This document shows positions 47,836 through 57,293 of a DNA stretch of 64,000 bases, piece by piece (the first letter of the stretch is position 1; each line of letters opens with the position of its first letter). The notes below the pieces were generated by a model. It searched no databases, was not told the DNA's origin, and saw only the letters and a list, made by a program, of their open reading frames with translations. This stretch comes from an uncultured archaeon (lineage in GTDB: Archaea; Altiarchaeota; Altiarchaeia; IMC4; SCGC-AAA252-I15): NCBI GenBank assembly GCA_964587725.1, contig CAZPLO010000003.1, positions 21,660-85,659 of the forward strand, in the 5' to 3' direction. The position numbers and the translations under genes were made by a program.

Positions 47836-49137
47836 ATGAGGAAATTTTTAACGGTATTGGCGTTGGTTTTGTTGATGGCCTCACCCGCATTGGGTCAGGC
47901 GCGGTTCGACTCGGTGTCCATGGAGCCGTCGTATGTCGAACCCGGAGACGACGTGGAAGTTGTGGTCAAATTCCACGAGGGACTCACCACACGCGAACTC
48001 TATGCGACCCCCACCAGGGATGAGGAGCCTCTCCCCCTGTACGAGAACAAGGACACATCCTATGTGGCCACATTGACGCCGAAGAACGCGGCGGCAGCCG
48101 AACATCTGCTTGTGAAGCAGGACCAGCGGCGCGTCGGCCACCTGTTCACGGGGGAGTCGTGGAGCGTCCCGTTCGACGTCCACGTGTCTGACGACACGCC
48201 ACCGACAAACTACACACTAGAGTTCCGGCTGCTGAAGACCGACTTGGAGGGCACCGGCGAAACGACTGTTGCATTGTCCAAGGACATACAGGTGAAGGTG
48301 AACGGCGTCCCCAAGTTCACGCTGGACTCCGACAGCCAGCTGACTGCAGGAGAGACGCAGGACTTCACCGTACGCGTTGGTAACGTGGGCGGCGCCACCG
48401 CCCGGCAGGTTACGCTGACATTGAACTCCACCTTCCCTTTGACTGTGCTCCGCTCATCAACGGCGTACATAGGAGACATGCCCGGGGACGCACACCAGGA
48501 GCTGGTGTACGACCTCAACGTCGACAGCTCCGCGGACCCGAAATCATATACCATGCCCGTGGACATAAAATACGTCGACCGCGCCGGCGCCACCCAGACG
48601 GTCACCAAGAACCTGGGCGTTAAGGTGGAGGGAATGCCGGTTATTTCCGCAAGCCTGGACAGCTTCGACGACTTCATGGCCGGCGTCGAAGGCACGGTGA
48701 CGGTGAGCGTCATAAACAAGGGGTTCGTGGACGCAAACTTCCTGTCCGTGGAGCTGGTGGAGACGGGAGACTACACCGTAACCTCGAACAGCGAAGTCTA
48801 CATAGGCAACCTCGCCTCAGACGACTTCGAAACAGAGGACTTCACCATAAAGGTGGCCGACGGCGTGTCCGGGAAGATTCCGCTGAAGGTGAAGGTGTCG
48901 TACACGGAGGAGAACCGGAACCAGGTCCACGAGGAAGACCATAACCTGGACCTGAACGTCCTCGCAGAAGATGAATACCTGATGAAGCACCCGCGTGCCA
49001 ACGGCATCCAGTCCCTCATCGGCATGGTGGCGGTAATACCCCTGCTGATAATAGCCTATTTGGTGCTGTGGCTGCTGTGGAAGCTGGTGGGCCTCATCAC
49101 GGGCTTCATAGACCGGAAGGTGTTCAAGAGAAGCTGA
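47836..49137 (+). CDS. COG1361 S-layer-like protein
   Basis: Signal peptide, repeated Ig-like domains (N.GGA.A..V, YIGDM and YIGNL), C-terminal TM; GGAGG upstream. Confidence 0.82.
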   Translation: MRKFLTVLALVLLMASPALGQARFDSVSMEPSYVEPGDDVEVVVKFHEGLTTRELYATPTRDEEPLPLYENKDTSYVATLTPKNAAAAEHLLVKQDQRRVGHLFTGESWSVPFDVHVSDDTPPTNYTLEFRLLKTDLEGTGETTVALSKDIQVKVNGVPKFTLDSDSQLTAGETQDFTVRVGNVGGATARQVTLTLNSTFPLTVLRSSTAYIGDMPGDAHQELVYDLNVDSSADPKSYTMPVDIKYVDRAGATQTVTKNLGVKVEGMPVISASLDSFDDFMAGVEGTVTVSVINKGFVDANFLSVELVETGDYTVTSNSEVYIGNLASDDFETEDFTIKVADGVSGKIPLKVKVSYTEENRNQVHEEDHNLDLNVLAEDEYLMKHPRANGIQSLIGMVAVIPLLIIAYLVLWLLWKLVGLITGFIDRKVFKRS

Positions 49138-49138
49138 G

Positions 49139-50368
49139 ATGATAGCGGATTACGTGAACTTCGCGTTAAGGAGTCTCAGCAACCGCGGCCTCCGCAGCTG
49201 GCTGACCATGCTGGGCATATTCGTGGGCATAGCGGCGGTTGTGGCTTTAATCTCCCTCGGCCAGGGCCTCCAAAACTACGTCAACGCGGAATTCGAGAAG
49301 GTCGGCGCAAACCGGATAATCATCACCCCCGGAGGCGGAGGCGGCGGAGTTGTTGCTTTCGCAGCCTCCGACATCGCCTCCGCGAAACTCACCGACCGAG
49401 ACCTCGACATAGTATTGGATGTCCGGGGGGTGGACTCCGGCATAGGGTTGGCGCGGAAGACCCTGGACGTCGAATACAAGGGGGAGTCGAAGTCTGTTTT
49501 CGTTTTTGGCGCCCCCTTCGCATCTGAGGACGTTGAGTTCATGAAATCCCTCGACTACATGATAGTTGATGAAGGCCGATACCTCAGCCCCTCAGACACC
49601 TACAAGGCGGAGGTGGCGAGGCCGCTGGCGGAGGACGGCTTCAGGAGGGAGATAACTAGGGGCACCAACGTGGTGATAAAGGACATAGACTTCGAGGTGG
49701 TGGGGTTCACCAAGAAGGCCGGCAACCCCGCCCACGACAACAAAGTGGTCGTGCCCCTGGACATTCTCAGGGAGATGTATGGCATGGGCGACGAACTCTC
49801 CATGATATCCGTTAACGTGCAGGAAGGCTATAACGTGACGGGGGTGGCTGAGAACATCGAACGTAAGCTGCGGCGCGACCACGGTCTCAAGGAGGGGGAG
49901 GAGGACTTTAACGTGCAGACGTCAGAGCAGCTTATTGAAAGCTTCAGCACCATAATCGGGATTGTGCAGGCATTCCTCACCGGCATAGCCGCGATTTCAT
50001 TGATAGTCGGCGGCCTGGGGATTATGACGACAATGTACACCAGCGTTCTCGAACGGACGAGGCAGATTGGAATCATGAAGGCTGTTGGAGCCCGCAACAA
50101 CGACATACTCGCATTGTTCCTGGTGGAGGCTGGGCTGCTCGGAACCGCCGGCGGCATAATAGGCGTCATCATCGGCCTCGCCCTCAGCTTCGGAACCTCG
50201 TATGTGGCGGAAACATACTTCGAGATTGAATTATTGAAGGCGTCCGCGGACCCGATGCTAATATTCGGGGCTCTGGCGTTCAGCTTCGTAGTCGGCTGCA
50301 TGTCCGGGCTGACCCCGTCATTGAAGGCCGCGAAGATGCGGCCGGTGGAGGCGATACGGTACCGTTAA
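49139..50368 (+). CDS. ABC transporter permease (MacB/FtsX-like)
   Basis: RSWLTMLGIFVGIAAVV, ISLIVGGLGI, SVLERTRQIGIMKAVGA. Confidence 0.93.
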   Translation: MIADYVNFALRSLSNRGLRSWLTMLGIFVGIAAVVALISLGQGLQNYVNAEFEKVGANRIIITPGGGGGGVVAFAASDIASAKLTDRDLDIVLDVRGVDSGIGLARKTLDVEYKGESKSVFVFGAPFASEDVEFMKSLDYMIVDEGRYLSPSDTYKAEVARPLAEDGFRREITRGTNVVIKDIDFEVVGFTKKAGNPAHDNKVVVPLDILREMYGMGDELSMISVNVQEGYNVTGVAENIERKLRRDHGLKEGEEDFNVQTSEQLIESFSTIIGIVQAFLTGIAAISLIVGGLGIMTTMYTSVLERTRQIGIMKAVGARNNDILALFLVEAGLLGTAGGIIGVIIGLALSFGTSYVAETYFEIELLKASADPMLIFGALAFSFVVGCMSGLTPSLKAAKMRPVEAIRYR

Positions 50369-50369
50369 A

Positions 50370-51575
50370 ATGATTTCCGACTACTTCCTCCTGGCGTTCA
50401 GGAACATCACCAAGAAGGGAGTCCGCAGCTGGCTGACCATGCTGGGCATATTCGTGGGCATAGCGGCGGTCGTATCCCTGATTTCCCTGGGTCAGGGGCT
50501 GCAGGACGCGTTCAACAAGCAGTTCGAGATGCTGGGCACCGACATCATAATGGTTATGCCGGGCTCCCAGTTCGGGACCAGCTTCGGCAGCACCCTGCTT
50601 ACGGAACACGATGAAGACCTAATAGCCGGCGTACGAGGAGTCGACACGGTGTCTCCGTGGATAACCCGCCTGTCGAAGGTCACTTACAGGGGCGAGGTCA
50701 TCTACACGTGGGTTAGCGGCATCCCAGTCGACGACAGATACAAGATAATAGAGGACATGCAGGGGATAGACATAAGGGGGGGCCGGAGGCCGCAGCCAGG
50801 CGACAAATACAAGATCATAGCCGGGTATTTGATGGCCGAGGGCGACGTGTTCGGCCACCCAGTCACGGTCGGGGACAAGATGATGGTGGAGGACGAGGAG
50901 TTCCGCGTCATGGGCACCCTCACCAAAATAGGCAACGCCCAGGACGACAGCAGCGTATGGATTCCGCTGGAGACCGCGCAGGAACTCTACAACGAAGAAG
51001 GCTACGACATACTAATCTTGAAGCCGAAGGAGGGCTTCCCCCCGTCGGAGGTCGCCGAAGACATTAAGGAGAGGATGCGCCGCGACCGCAACCAGAAGGA
51101 GGGGGAGGAGGACTTCAACGTGCAGACGTCGGAGCAGCTGATGGAAACCTACGGCTCCATACTGTCTGCCGTCCAGGCCGTCTTGGTGGGCATAGCATTC
51201 ATCTCCCTGATGGTCGGCGGAATCGGCATCATGAACACCATGTACACGAGCGTGTTGGAGAGGACGCAGGAGATAGGGGTGATGAAGGCGGTCGGCGCGA
51301 AAAACAAGGACATACTGCTGATGTTCCTCATAGAGTCTGGCGTCCTCGGCCTCGTCGGCGGCGCCGTCGGCGCCGCCATAGGACTGGCTATGAGCAAGTC
51401 CGTGGAATACTATTCCACCATGGTACTTAACGAGGAGCTGCTGCAGGCGAGCACGGACCCCATGATTATCGTGGGGGCGCTGGCGTTCAGCTTCATAGTC
51501 GGCGCCGTCTCAGGGGTTCTGCCTGCGCGACAGGCCAGCAGGCTGCAGCCCGTGGAAGCCCTCCGCTACGAATAA
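50370..51575 (+). CDS. ABC transporter permease (MacB/FtsX-like), paralogue
   Basis: Same motifs as the preceding gene; SVLERTQEIGVMKAVGA. Confidence 0.93.
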   Translation: MISDYFLLAFRNITKKGVRSWLTMLGIFVGIAAVVSLISLGQGLQDAFNKQFEMLGTDIIMVMPGSQFGTSFGSTLLTEHDEDLIAGVRGVDTVSPWITRLSKVTYRGEVIYTWVSGIPVDDRYKIIEDMQGIDIRGGRRPQPGDKYKIIAGYLMAEGDVFGHPVTVGDKMMVEDEEFRVMGTLTKIGNAQDDSSVWIPLETAQELYNEEGYDILILKPKEGFPPSEVAEDIKERMRRDRNQKEGEEDFNVQTSEQLMETYGSILSAVQAVLVGIAFISLMVGGIGIMNTMYTSVLERTQEIGVMKAVGAKNKDILLMFLIESGVLGLVGGAVGAAIGLAMSKSVEYYSTMVLNEELLQASTDPMIIVGALAFSFIVGAVSGVLPARQASRLQPVEALRYE

Positions 51576-51605
51576 ACCTTTAATACCCTGTACTAATATC
51601 TAAGG

Positions 51606-52658
51606 ATGATGCGGAGGAACCTGTTCTGGATTGCCTTGGGTCTTCTAGCAGTCTACCTACTGTATTTGATGGTGTCTCCCTTCATCGACGTCGTAGTGTA
51701 CAGCGTCTTCGTATACTATGTGGGCCGGCCGGTCTACCGCCGCCTCCAGAAGAAAATCAAGTCCCATCCAGCGAGCGCGTTCATAACACTGTTCCTGCTG
51801 CTGCTGCCGGTGACGGTAATATTCATCTACGGCCTCGGCGTGGCCTCTGTCGAATTGTTGAATGCGTTGAACACCATGGACGTCCCCTACGCGGTAACCA
51901 TAAACAACATGATAGCCGAGTATTTTGCCGTGTTGGCGGAGCTCCGGCCGTCAGACATCATACAGATGATAACCGAGGACCAGAGCATCCAGGAGTCCCT
52001 GAACCTCACCCAGGGCCTGATATTAAGCGCCATGGGCGTCATATTCAGGGTGATGCTGATGTTTACCATCGCATTGTATCTGCTGATGGACGGCTCGCAT
52101 CTTAGGGATTGGATGCAGTCGAACCTGTGTCCGAGCAAATGCGATTTGACCAGGAAGTTCTTCGACGAGGTCGACCGCGACCTCCACGGCGTCTTCTTCG
52201 GCAGCATATTGACGGCGATATTCATAGCCATCATGGGCGCCCTCCTGTACACGCTGTTGAACGTGTTCGTCGCCCCCCCGTCGCTGAAGATACCCTACCC
52301 CGTACTTCTTGGCATGGTGTGCGGCGTCACCAGCCTGATACCCGCCGTCGGCGTCGCATTCTTCTGGGTGCCAGCCACCCTGGCGTTCCTAGCCTACGCA
52401 TACTACAGCGACGTCCTGTTCACCGACGGATGGTTCATCCTCGCCTTCACAGCCTCCACAGCCGTGCTCGTCGACTGGGGCCCCAACCTCCTGTTCAAAC
52501 CCCGGGTTACCGGCAAACGCATCCACCCCGGCCTGATGATGATGGCCTACCTCCTCGGGCCCATAGCATTCGGCCTAGCCGGCCTGTTCATAGGGCCAAT
52601 CGTATTGGTGGTGTCGTTGAACTTCGCCAAAGTCGTGCTGCCACAGCTGAAGACCTGA
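51606..52658 (+). CDS. AI-2E family transporter
   Basis: Multi-TM, IPAVG, KPRV.G..IHP, FGLAGLFIGP. Confidence 0.88.
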   Translation: MMRRNLFWIALGLLAVYLLYLMVSPFIDVVVYSVFVYYVGRPVYRRLQKKIKSHPASAFITLFLLLLPVTVIFIYGLGVASVELLNALNTMDVPYAVTINNMIAEYFAVLAELRPSDIIQMITEDQSIQESLNLTQGLILSAMGVIFRVMLMFTIALYLLMDGSHLRDWMQSNLCPSKCDLTRKFFDEVDRDLHGVFFGSILTAIFIAIMGALLYTLLNVFVAPPSLKIPYPVLLGMVCGVTSLIPAVGVAFFWVPATLAFLAYAYYSDVLFTDGWFILAFTASTAVLVDWGPNLLFKPRVTGKRIHPGLMMMAYLLGPIAFGLAGLFIGPIVLVVSLNFAKVVLPQLKT

Positions 52659-52690
52659 TTTTTTACCGCCTGTTTTCATATATTCAAACG

Positions 52691-54073
52691 ATGGAGGACT
52701 TTGGCGAATGGTACCGGCGGATGCTGTTGGAGAACGGTCTCGTGGACGACCGATACGACGTCAAGGGCATGCTGGTGTACCGCGGCAACGGCATGTACAT
52801 GATACGTGAGATGAGCCGTTTCCTCGAAGCCCTTCTTGAAGCGGACGGCCACGAGCCGACCCTGTTCCCCATACTCATACCGGATACGCTGCTGGAGCAG
52901 GAGAAAGAGCATATAGCCGGGTTTGAGGAGCAGGTATACTGGGTGACGCACGCAGGGAAGAACGAGCTGGACCGTAGGATGGCGTTGCGGCCGACAAGCG
53001 AAACCTGCATGTACCCCATGTTCTCGGTGTGGGTGAGAACCCACACCGACCTGCCGATAAAGGTTCATCAGACCGTCTGCGTGTACCGTTATGAGACCAA
53101 GCAGACCCGCCCACTCATACGGAGCCGTGAGATACTGTGGAACGAAGGCCACACCGCATTCGCGACGCGGGAGGGGGCGCTGGAGAACATAGAGGCGATT
53201 AAGAGAATCTACACCGACCTGATAACGGGGCTCTGCTGCATCCCGGTTCAAATCAACCGGCGGCCTGAGTGGGACAAGTTCCCCGGCGCAGAATACACCA
53301 TAGCTTTTGAAACATTGATGCCGGACGGCAGGACACTGCAGTTGGCGACGATACACAACCTCGGCCAGCACTTCAGCAAGGTCTTCAACATACAGTACGA
53401 CGACGAAGGAGGAAACAAGCATTACGTGTGGCAGACGTCGTATGGGCCGGGCTTCGGCCGCCTCCTCTCGGCCGTGGTTTCAGTCCACGGCGACGACAAA
53501 GGCATGGTGCTGCCTCCGCGTCTGGCGCCGGTGCAGGCTGTGATAATCCCCATAGTGTTCAAGGATGCGGACCGCGAGGCGGTGACGAAGGCCGTCGAAG
53601 ACATTGAATCCGGGCTGAAGGCCTCCAACGTGCGGGTGAAGGTGGACGACGGCGACGAACGCCCCGGCTCCAAATACTTCAGGTGGGAGCGACAGGGCGT
53701 GCCGCTGCGCATCGAAATAGGGCCCCGCGACGTTAAGGAGGGTAAGGTGGTTGTCGTCCGCCGTGACACCGGCGACAAACAGGACGTGAAGGCGGATAAA
53801 CTGGATGTTGTGAAAATATTCGCCAGCATAGAGGAGAACATGCGGAAGAAGGCGAAGGAAAAATTCGACGCCCGTATGCACACGGCGGACACGCTGGTGG
53901 AGTTCCGCGACAAGGTCGGGGAGGGCATAGTCACGGTCGGCTGGTGCGAAAGCGACGGCTGCGCGAAGCCCATAGACGAAGCCGGAACCATGCTGACGGT
54001 GTTGGACGAGGAGGCCAATTGCATCGTCTGCGGCAAAAAAGGCAGGAAAATACGCGCAGCAAAAACATATTAA
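52691..54073 (+). CDS. proS: proline--tRNA ligase (archaeal/eukaryal type)
   Basis: LRPTSET, RYETK.TRPLIR.RE, HNLGQHFS, GVPLRIEIGPRD, C-terminal AKTY; ATG at 52691. Confidence 0.96.
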   Translation: MEDFGEWYRRMLLENGLVDDRYDVKGMLVYRGNGMYMIREMSRFLEALLEADGHEPTLFPILIPDTLLEQEKEHIAGFEEQVYWVTHAGKNELDRRMALRPTSETCMYPMFSVWVRTHTDLPIKVHQTVCVYRYETKQTRPLIRSREILWNEGHTAFATREGALENIEAIKRIYTDLITGLCCIPVQINRRPEWDKFPGAEYTIAFETLMPDGRTLQLATIHNLGQHFSKVFNIQYDDEGGNKHYVWQTSYGPGFGRLLSAVVSVHGDDKGMVLPPRLAPVQAVIIPIVFKDADREAVTKAVEDIESGLKASNVRVKVDDGDERPGSKYFRWERQGVPLRIEIGPRDVKEGKVVVVRRDTGDKQDVKADKLDVVKIFASIEENMRKKAKEKFDARMHTADTLVEFRDKVGEGIVTVGWCESDGCAKPIDEAGTMLTVLDEEANCIVCGKKGRKIRAAKTY

Positions 54074-54129
54074 CAATAATCTATAAAAAATTATAAATAA
54101 TTTAAACAAAATTCAAAATAATTGTTAAA

Positions 54130-55392
54130 ATGGTATTGGTGGATGTGGATTTCGAATACGGGGGCGCCTCCCCAGACGACCTGAAAGAACTGCAGAAGAT
54201 ACCTGCACAACTGAAACCCGACTACCTGTTCGACAGCGACAAAGCGTTGCCTGAAGACAAAAGAGACCCCATATCCAACCACCTGGTCGGCGGCGTACCC
54301 CGGTTCCACGCCTACGAGGCGAAACCCGGCGAAGTTTCAGCCGCGGCAGAGAAGATAAGGAATGCCTACGGCGTCGACCCAACGGACGTAATCCTTATAG
54401 GGAACGGCGGCTCCATAAGCAGCTCCGAAGCAGTATACGACATGCTCCTGAAGTACGGTGATGGGCCCCGACTCCATATCGTAGACAGCATGGACCCCGA
54501 CCAGATAACGGCTGTGAAGGGCATATGTGATCCCTCCTCCACTGTTGTGGTGGCTGTCAGCAAGTCCGGGAAGACGCAGGGCGTGCTGGATGCGCTCACC
54601 CAGTTCACAGACTACTCCCTCGCCGCCGTTACAACGAAGGAGGACGGCCGCCCACTTTATGAGCTGGTGAAAAAAGCGGTCGGCGGCAAAGCCGACGACG
54701 TCATCGTAGACCATCCGCCCATCGGCGGCAGATACACCGGACGAACGCCGGTGGCAACACTGCCTCTGGCTTTGCTGGGGATGAGTGCGGAGGAAATGAA
54801 GGCGTTCGACCAGGGTGCACAGGAAATGTACCTGCAGGTGTTGGCGGACGTCACCGTCGAAAGAAACCAGGCCCTCTGGCTGGCGGCCTCACTCTACCAA
54901 CTCGAACAGTCGGGCTACGAAATCATTTTTGCGCCGATGTACAGCCACCGGTTCGACGGCTTCGCCCACCTCATCACCCAGCTGCTGCATGAGAGCAGCG
55001 GCAAACTCGGGCGCGGCCAGGTTATATTGACTGCGGCGGCTCCAGAAAGCCAGCACCACACCAACCAGCGGTTGTTCGGAGGAAAACGGAACATGGCCGC
55101 CGTGTTCTTCACAATAGGCTGTGAACACGCCGGCCTGAAGGCAGCAGACGGAACCCCCCTCCATAAGGTGTTGGAGTACGAGTACCAGGGGACGCGTGAC
55201 ACGGCCGTGGAAGAGGGGATACCGAACTTCACAGTCCGCGTTGAAAAACCCTCCGCGGAGGCCGCCGGCTCGTTGATGGCGTTCTGCCACTACGCATTCG
55301 GAGTCTACCCCGCCCTGCTGAGGAACGTGAACCCATTCGACCAGCCCCGGGTGGAACGCAGCAAGGAAATCAGCCGGCAGCTGCGGGATTAA
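54130..55392 (+). CDS. pgi: glucose-6-phosphate isomerase family (SIS) protein
   Basis: GNGGS, SKSGKT, IGGRY, QLLHESSGK, NPFDQPRVERSK. Confidence 0.82.
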   Translation: MVLVDVDFEYGGASPDDLKELQKIPAQLKPDYLFDSDKALPEDKRDPISNHLVGGVPRFHAYEAKPGEVSAAAEKIRNAYGVDPTDVILIGNGGSISSSEAVYDMLLKYGDGPRLHIVDSMDPDQITAVKGICDPSSTVVVAVSKSGKTQGVLDALTQFTDYSLAAVTTKEDGRPLYELVKKAVGGKADDVIVDHPPIGGRYTGRTPVATLPLALLGMSAEEMKAFDQGAQEMYLQVLADVTVERNQALWLAASLYQLEQSGYEIIFAPMYSHRFDGFAHLITQLLHESSGKLGRGQVILTAAAPESQHHTNQRLFGGKRNMAAVFFTIGCEHAGLKAADGTPLHKVLEYEYQGTRDTAVEEGIPNFTVRVEKPSAEAAGSLMAFCHYAFGVYPALLRNVNPFDQPRVERSKEISRQLRD

Positions 55393-55433
55393 ACCCTCTT
55401 TTATACCCGCCCACCCTATATCTTCTCTGGAAG

Positions 55434-55601
55434 ATGCCTTCTTTGAAGAGACGCAAGACGGAGGGGCCGATGGGCGGCGCAGGCCTCATACGCTACTTCG
55501 ACGTGGACGAGGGCGGCCCCAAGATAGACCCCAAGTTCATCGTCGGAGTCGTCGCAGCCGTCATCGTGCTGGAGATACTGTCCAAGATAATACTGGGTTA
55601 A
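55434..55601 (+). CDS. preprotein translocase subunit Sec61-beta (absent from the ORF track)
   Basis: Own translation MPSLKRRKTEGPMGGAGLIRYFDVDEGGPKIDPKFIVGVVAAVIVLEILSKIILG*; AGLIRYF and KIDP signatures. Confidence 0.92.
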   Translation: MPSLKRRKTEGPMGGAGLIRYFDVDEGGPKIDPKFIVGVVAAVIVLEILSKIILG

Positions 55602-56746
55602 TCCGCACCCCTGTTTATCATCAGCCATATCCGCCGGTCATATCTCAAAACATAGGAGGTGGCTGCGATGGTCACCAGGGCGAGGGCGGTAACTATTGAG
55701 AACACGGTGTCGCCGATGTGCCCTAAGACCAGCCCCTGCATGATTATCACCAGGCTGAATTCGCTCACCTGCAGCAGCGACAGACCCGACCTGAACGACA
55801 CCTCGCGGGTGAAACCCACCATCCTAGACGCCAACGCTATCACCGCTGGCTTGAACACCATCGCGACGATTAGGAAGGCAGCGAACGGAACCACCACCTC
55901 CAAGAGGCCGCTCAGCATCACACCCATCCCCAATGCGACGAAGAATAGGATGCTGAAGAAATCCCGCAGCCCCCTCACCTTCTGCATGACTCCGTAGTGG
56001 CAGGGGCAGGTGGATGTGGCAATACCCGCGATGAAGGCGCCGATGGAGGGGCTGAATCCCACGGCCTCGCTTATGCCCAGGAACAGGAACAGAAACGAAA
56101 GCGACGTCAGGAGCATCAGTTCGTCCGTATGCTGTGCGGGGTAGAGGCGGTTTATTATCTCCCTGCTCGCAACCGCTGCCACCGCGAACGCCGCCACCGC
56201 AACCCCCAGGCTGTTGACGACGCCCTCCACTGAGAATCGGCCGATGGACGCAGTCAACCCCAACGCCACGACCACGAGTATGTCCTGCACCATCAGCACA
56301 CCCAACGTGAGCTGGCCGTGGACGGAGTCCAGTGCGCCCTCGTCCGACAGCAGCCTCACCACAACCATGGTGCTGGAGAACGTCAAAGCCAACCCGATAT
56401 AAAGTGATTCGGTGTCTGTGAATCCGAGGTAGTGGGCGGACAACAAGGCGACGGTGAACACCGCAGCCGCAGCCGCCAAAGCCACCACAGCAGCCTTCAC
56501 TCCGACGTCCTTGACCTTCGTCAAGTCCAGCTCCAACCCCACGATAAACAGCAGGAACACTATGCCTAGTTCGGAGAAGGTGGTTATCACGTCCGGGTTG
56601 GTTATCAGCTCCAGACCCGACGGCCCAATCAGTATGCCGGCGAGTATGTAGGCGGGTATGTGCGGCTGCTTCATCAATCTGCTGACGTGGGCCAGCACTG
56701 TCGCCACCCCAATCATGAACCCTATGTCCGTGAGGAAAAACTCCAT
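55598..56746 (-). CDS. cation:proton antiporter (CPA2/Kef-like)
   Basis: YILAGILIGP, ELGIVFLLFIVGLE, FSSTMVV, VQD, LRDFF, QVSEFS; ATG at 56746. Confidence 0.9.
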   Translation of the reverse strand: MEFFLTDIGFMIGVATVLAHVSRLMKQPHIPAYILAGILIGPSGLELITNPDVITTFSELGIVFLLFIVGLELDLTKVKDVGVKAAVVALAAAAAVFTVALLSAHYLGFTDTESLYIGLALTFSSTMVVVRLLSDEGALDSVHGQLTLGVLMVQDILVVVALGLTASIGRFSVEGVVNSLGVAVAAFAVAAVASREIINRLYPAQHTDELMLLTSLSFLFLFLGISEAVGFSPSIGAFIAGIATSTCPCHYGVMQKVRGLRDFFSILFFVALGMGVMLSGLLEVVVPFAAFLIVAMVFKPAVIALASRMVGFTREVSFRSGLSLLQVSEFSLVIIMQGLVLGHIGDTVFSIVTALALVTIAATSYVLRYDRRIWLMINRGAD

Positions 56747-56754
56747 CTTACTCG

Positions 56755-56892
56755 GTTTTGGCGGATGATATTCGGTATAGTGCAGTGGGGTCGCAGACGC
56801 CACACACAGCCGACGTTTCGTCGGGTGTGTGTTCGAGCTGCGTTCGGCCACATCCGCTGCGCACGTAAACCGGGCGCTGCAGTTTTGGCGGA
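56755..56892. repeat. 11-bp direct repeat GTTTTGGCGGA enclosing a structured 116-bp segment
   Basis: Copies at 56755-56765 and 56882-56892; the second overlaps the SRP RNA 3' end. Confidence 0.6.
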
Positions 56893-57157
56893 CGGCCGGG
56901 AGTGGAGTCCAGAACCCGCGTAGGGGTTGCTCCCACCCGGTTCTCGTCCCCGCGGCCTCACAAGCACCGTTGCACCAGAGTTATGGCTGCTCCCTTCCGG
57001 GCCTGACCAGGTTCCTGAGGTGAACGGTCCAGTGAGACGAGGACTCACGGTTCCGGGTCGGACCCCGACGCCGGCTCCGGACCCGCCTCCCGGCTTCAGC
57101 CCCCCCATAGACGATTGAGGGTTACAGGCTACGCCTAACAGCCCGGCCTAGTCCACC
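56887..57157 (-). ncRNA. ffs: archaeal signal recognition particle RNA (7S)
   Basis: Helix 8 GGTCAGGCCCGGAAGGGAGCAGCC; Alu-domain CTAGGCCGGG...CCTGTAACCC; 5' GGTGGAC pairs with 3' GTCCGCC. Confidence 0.92.
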
Positions 57158-57293
57158 ACTGAATTATGGGGGAGCCATAGTATATAAAACAGGGCGGTTG
57201 CCTGCGGGCTACCTGGGCGTTTAAATAGGCGTTTAAACAATACTTAAGTGAGGTTGGCTGCGGGTGTTGGCTGATTCTAGAAGTGGTGGGACA

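Noticed and set aside
46802-47890. Long antisense ORFs here and elsewhere (e.g. 23370-24446, 39463-40674)
   Set aside because: Typical high-GC shadow ORFs opposite well-supported genes
52109-52690. N-terminal extension of ProS
   Set aside because: Alternative-frame read of the AI-2E gene; ProS similarity starts at 52691
56800-56880. tRNA-like element (GTTCGA)
   Set aside because: No cloverleaf or acceptor stem could be built by eye
56722-57118. ORFs across the SRP region
   Set aside because: Explained by the GC-rich SRP RNA; no protein motifs
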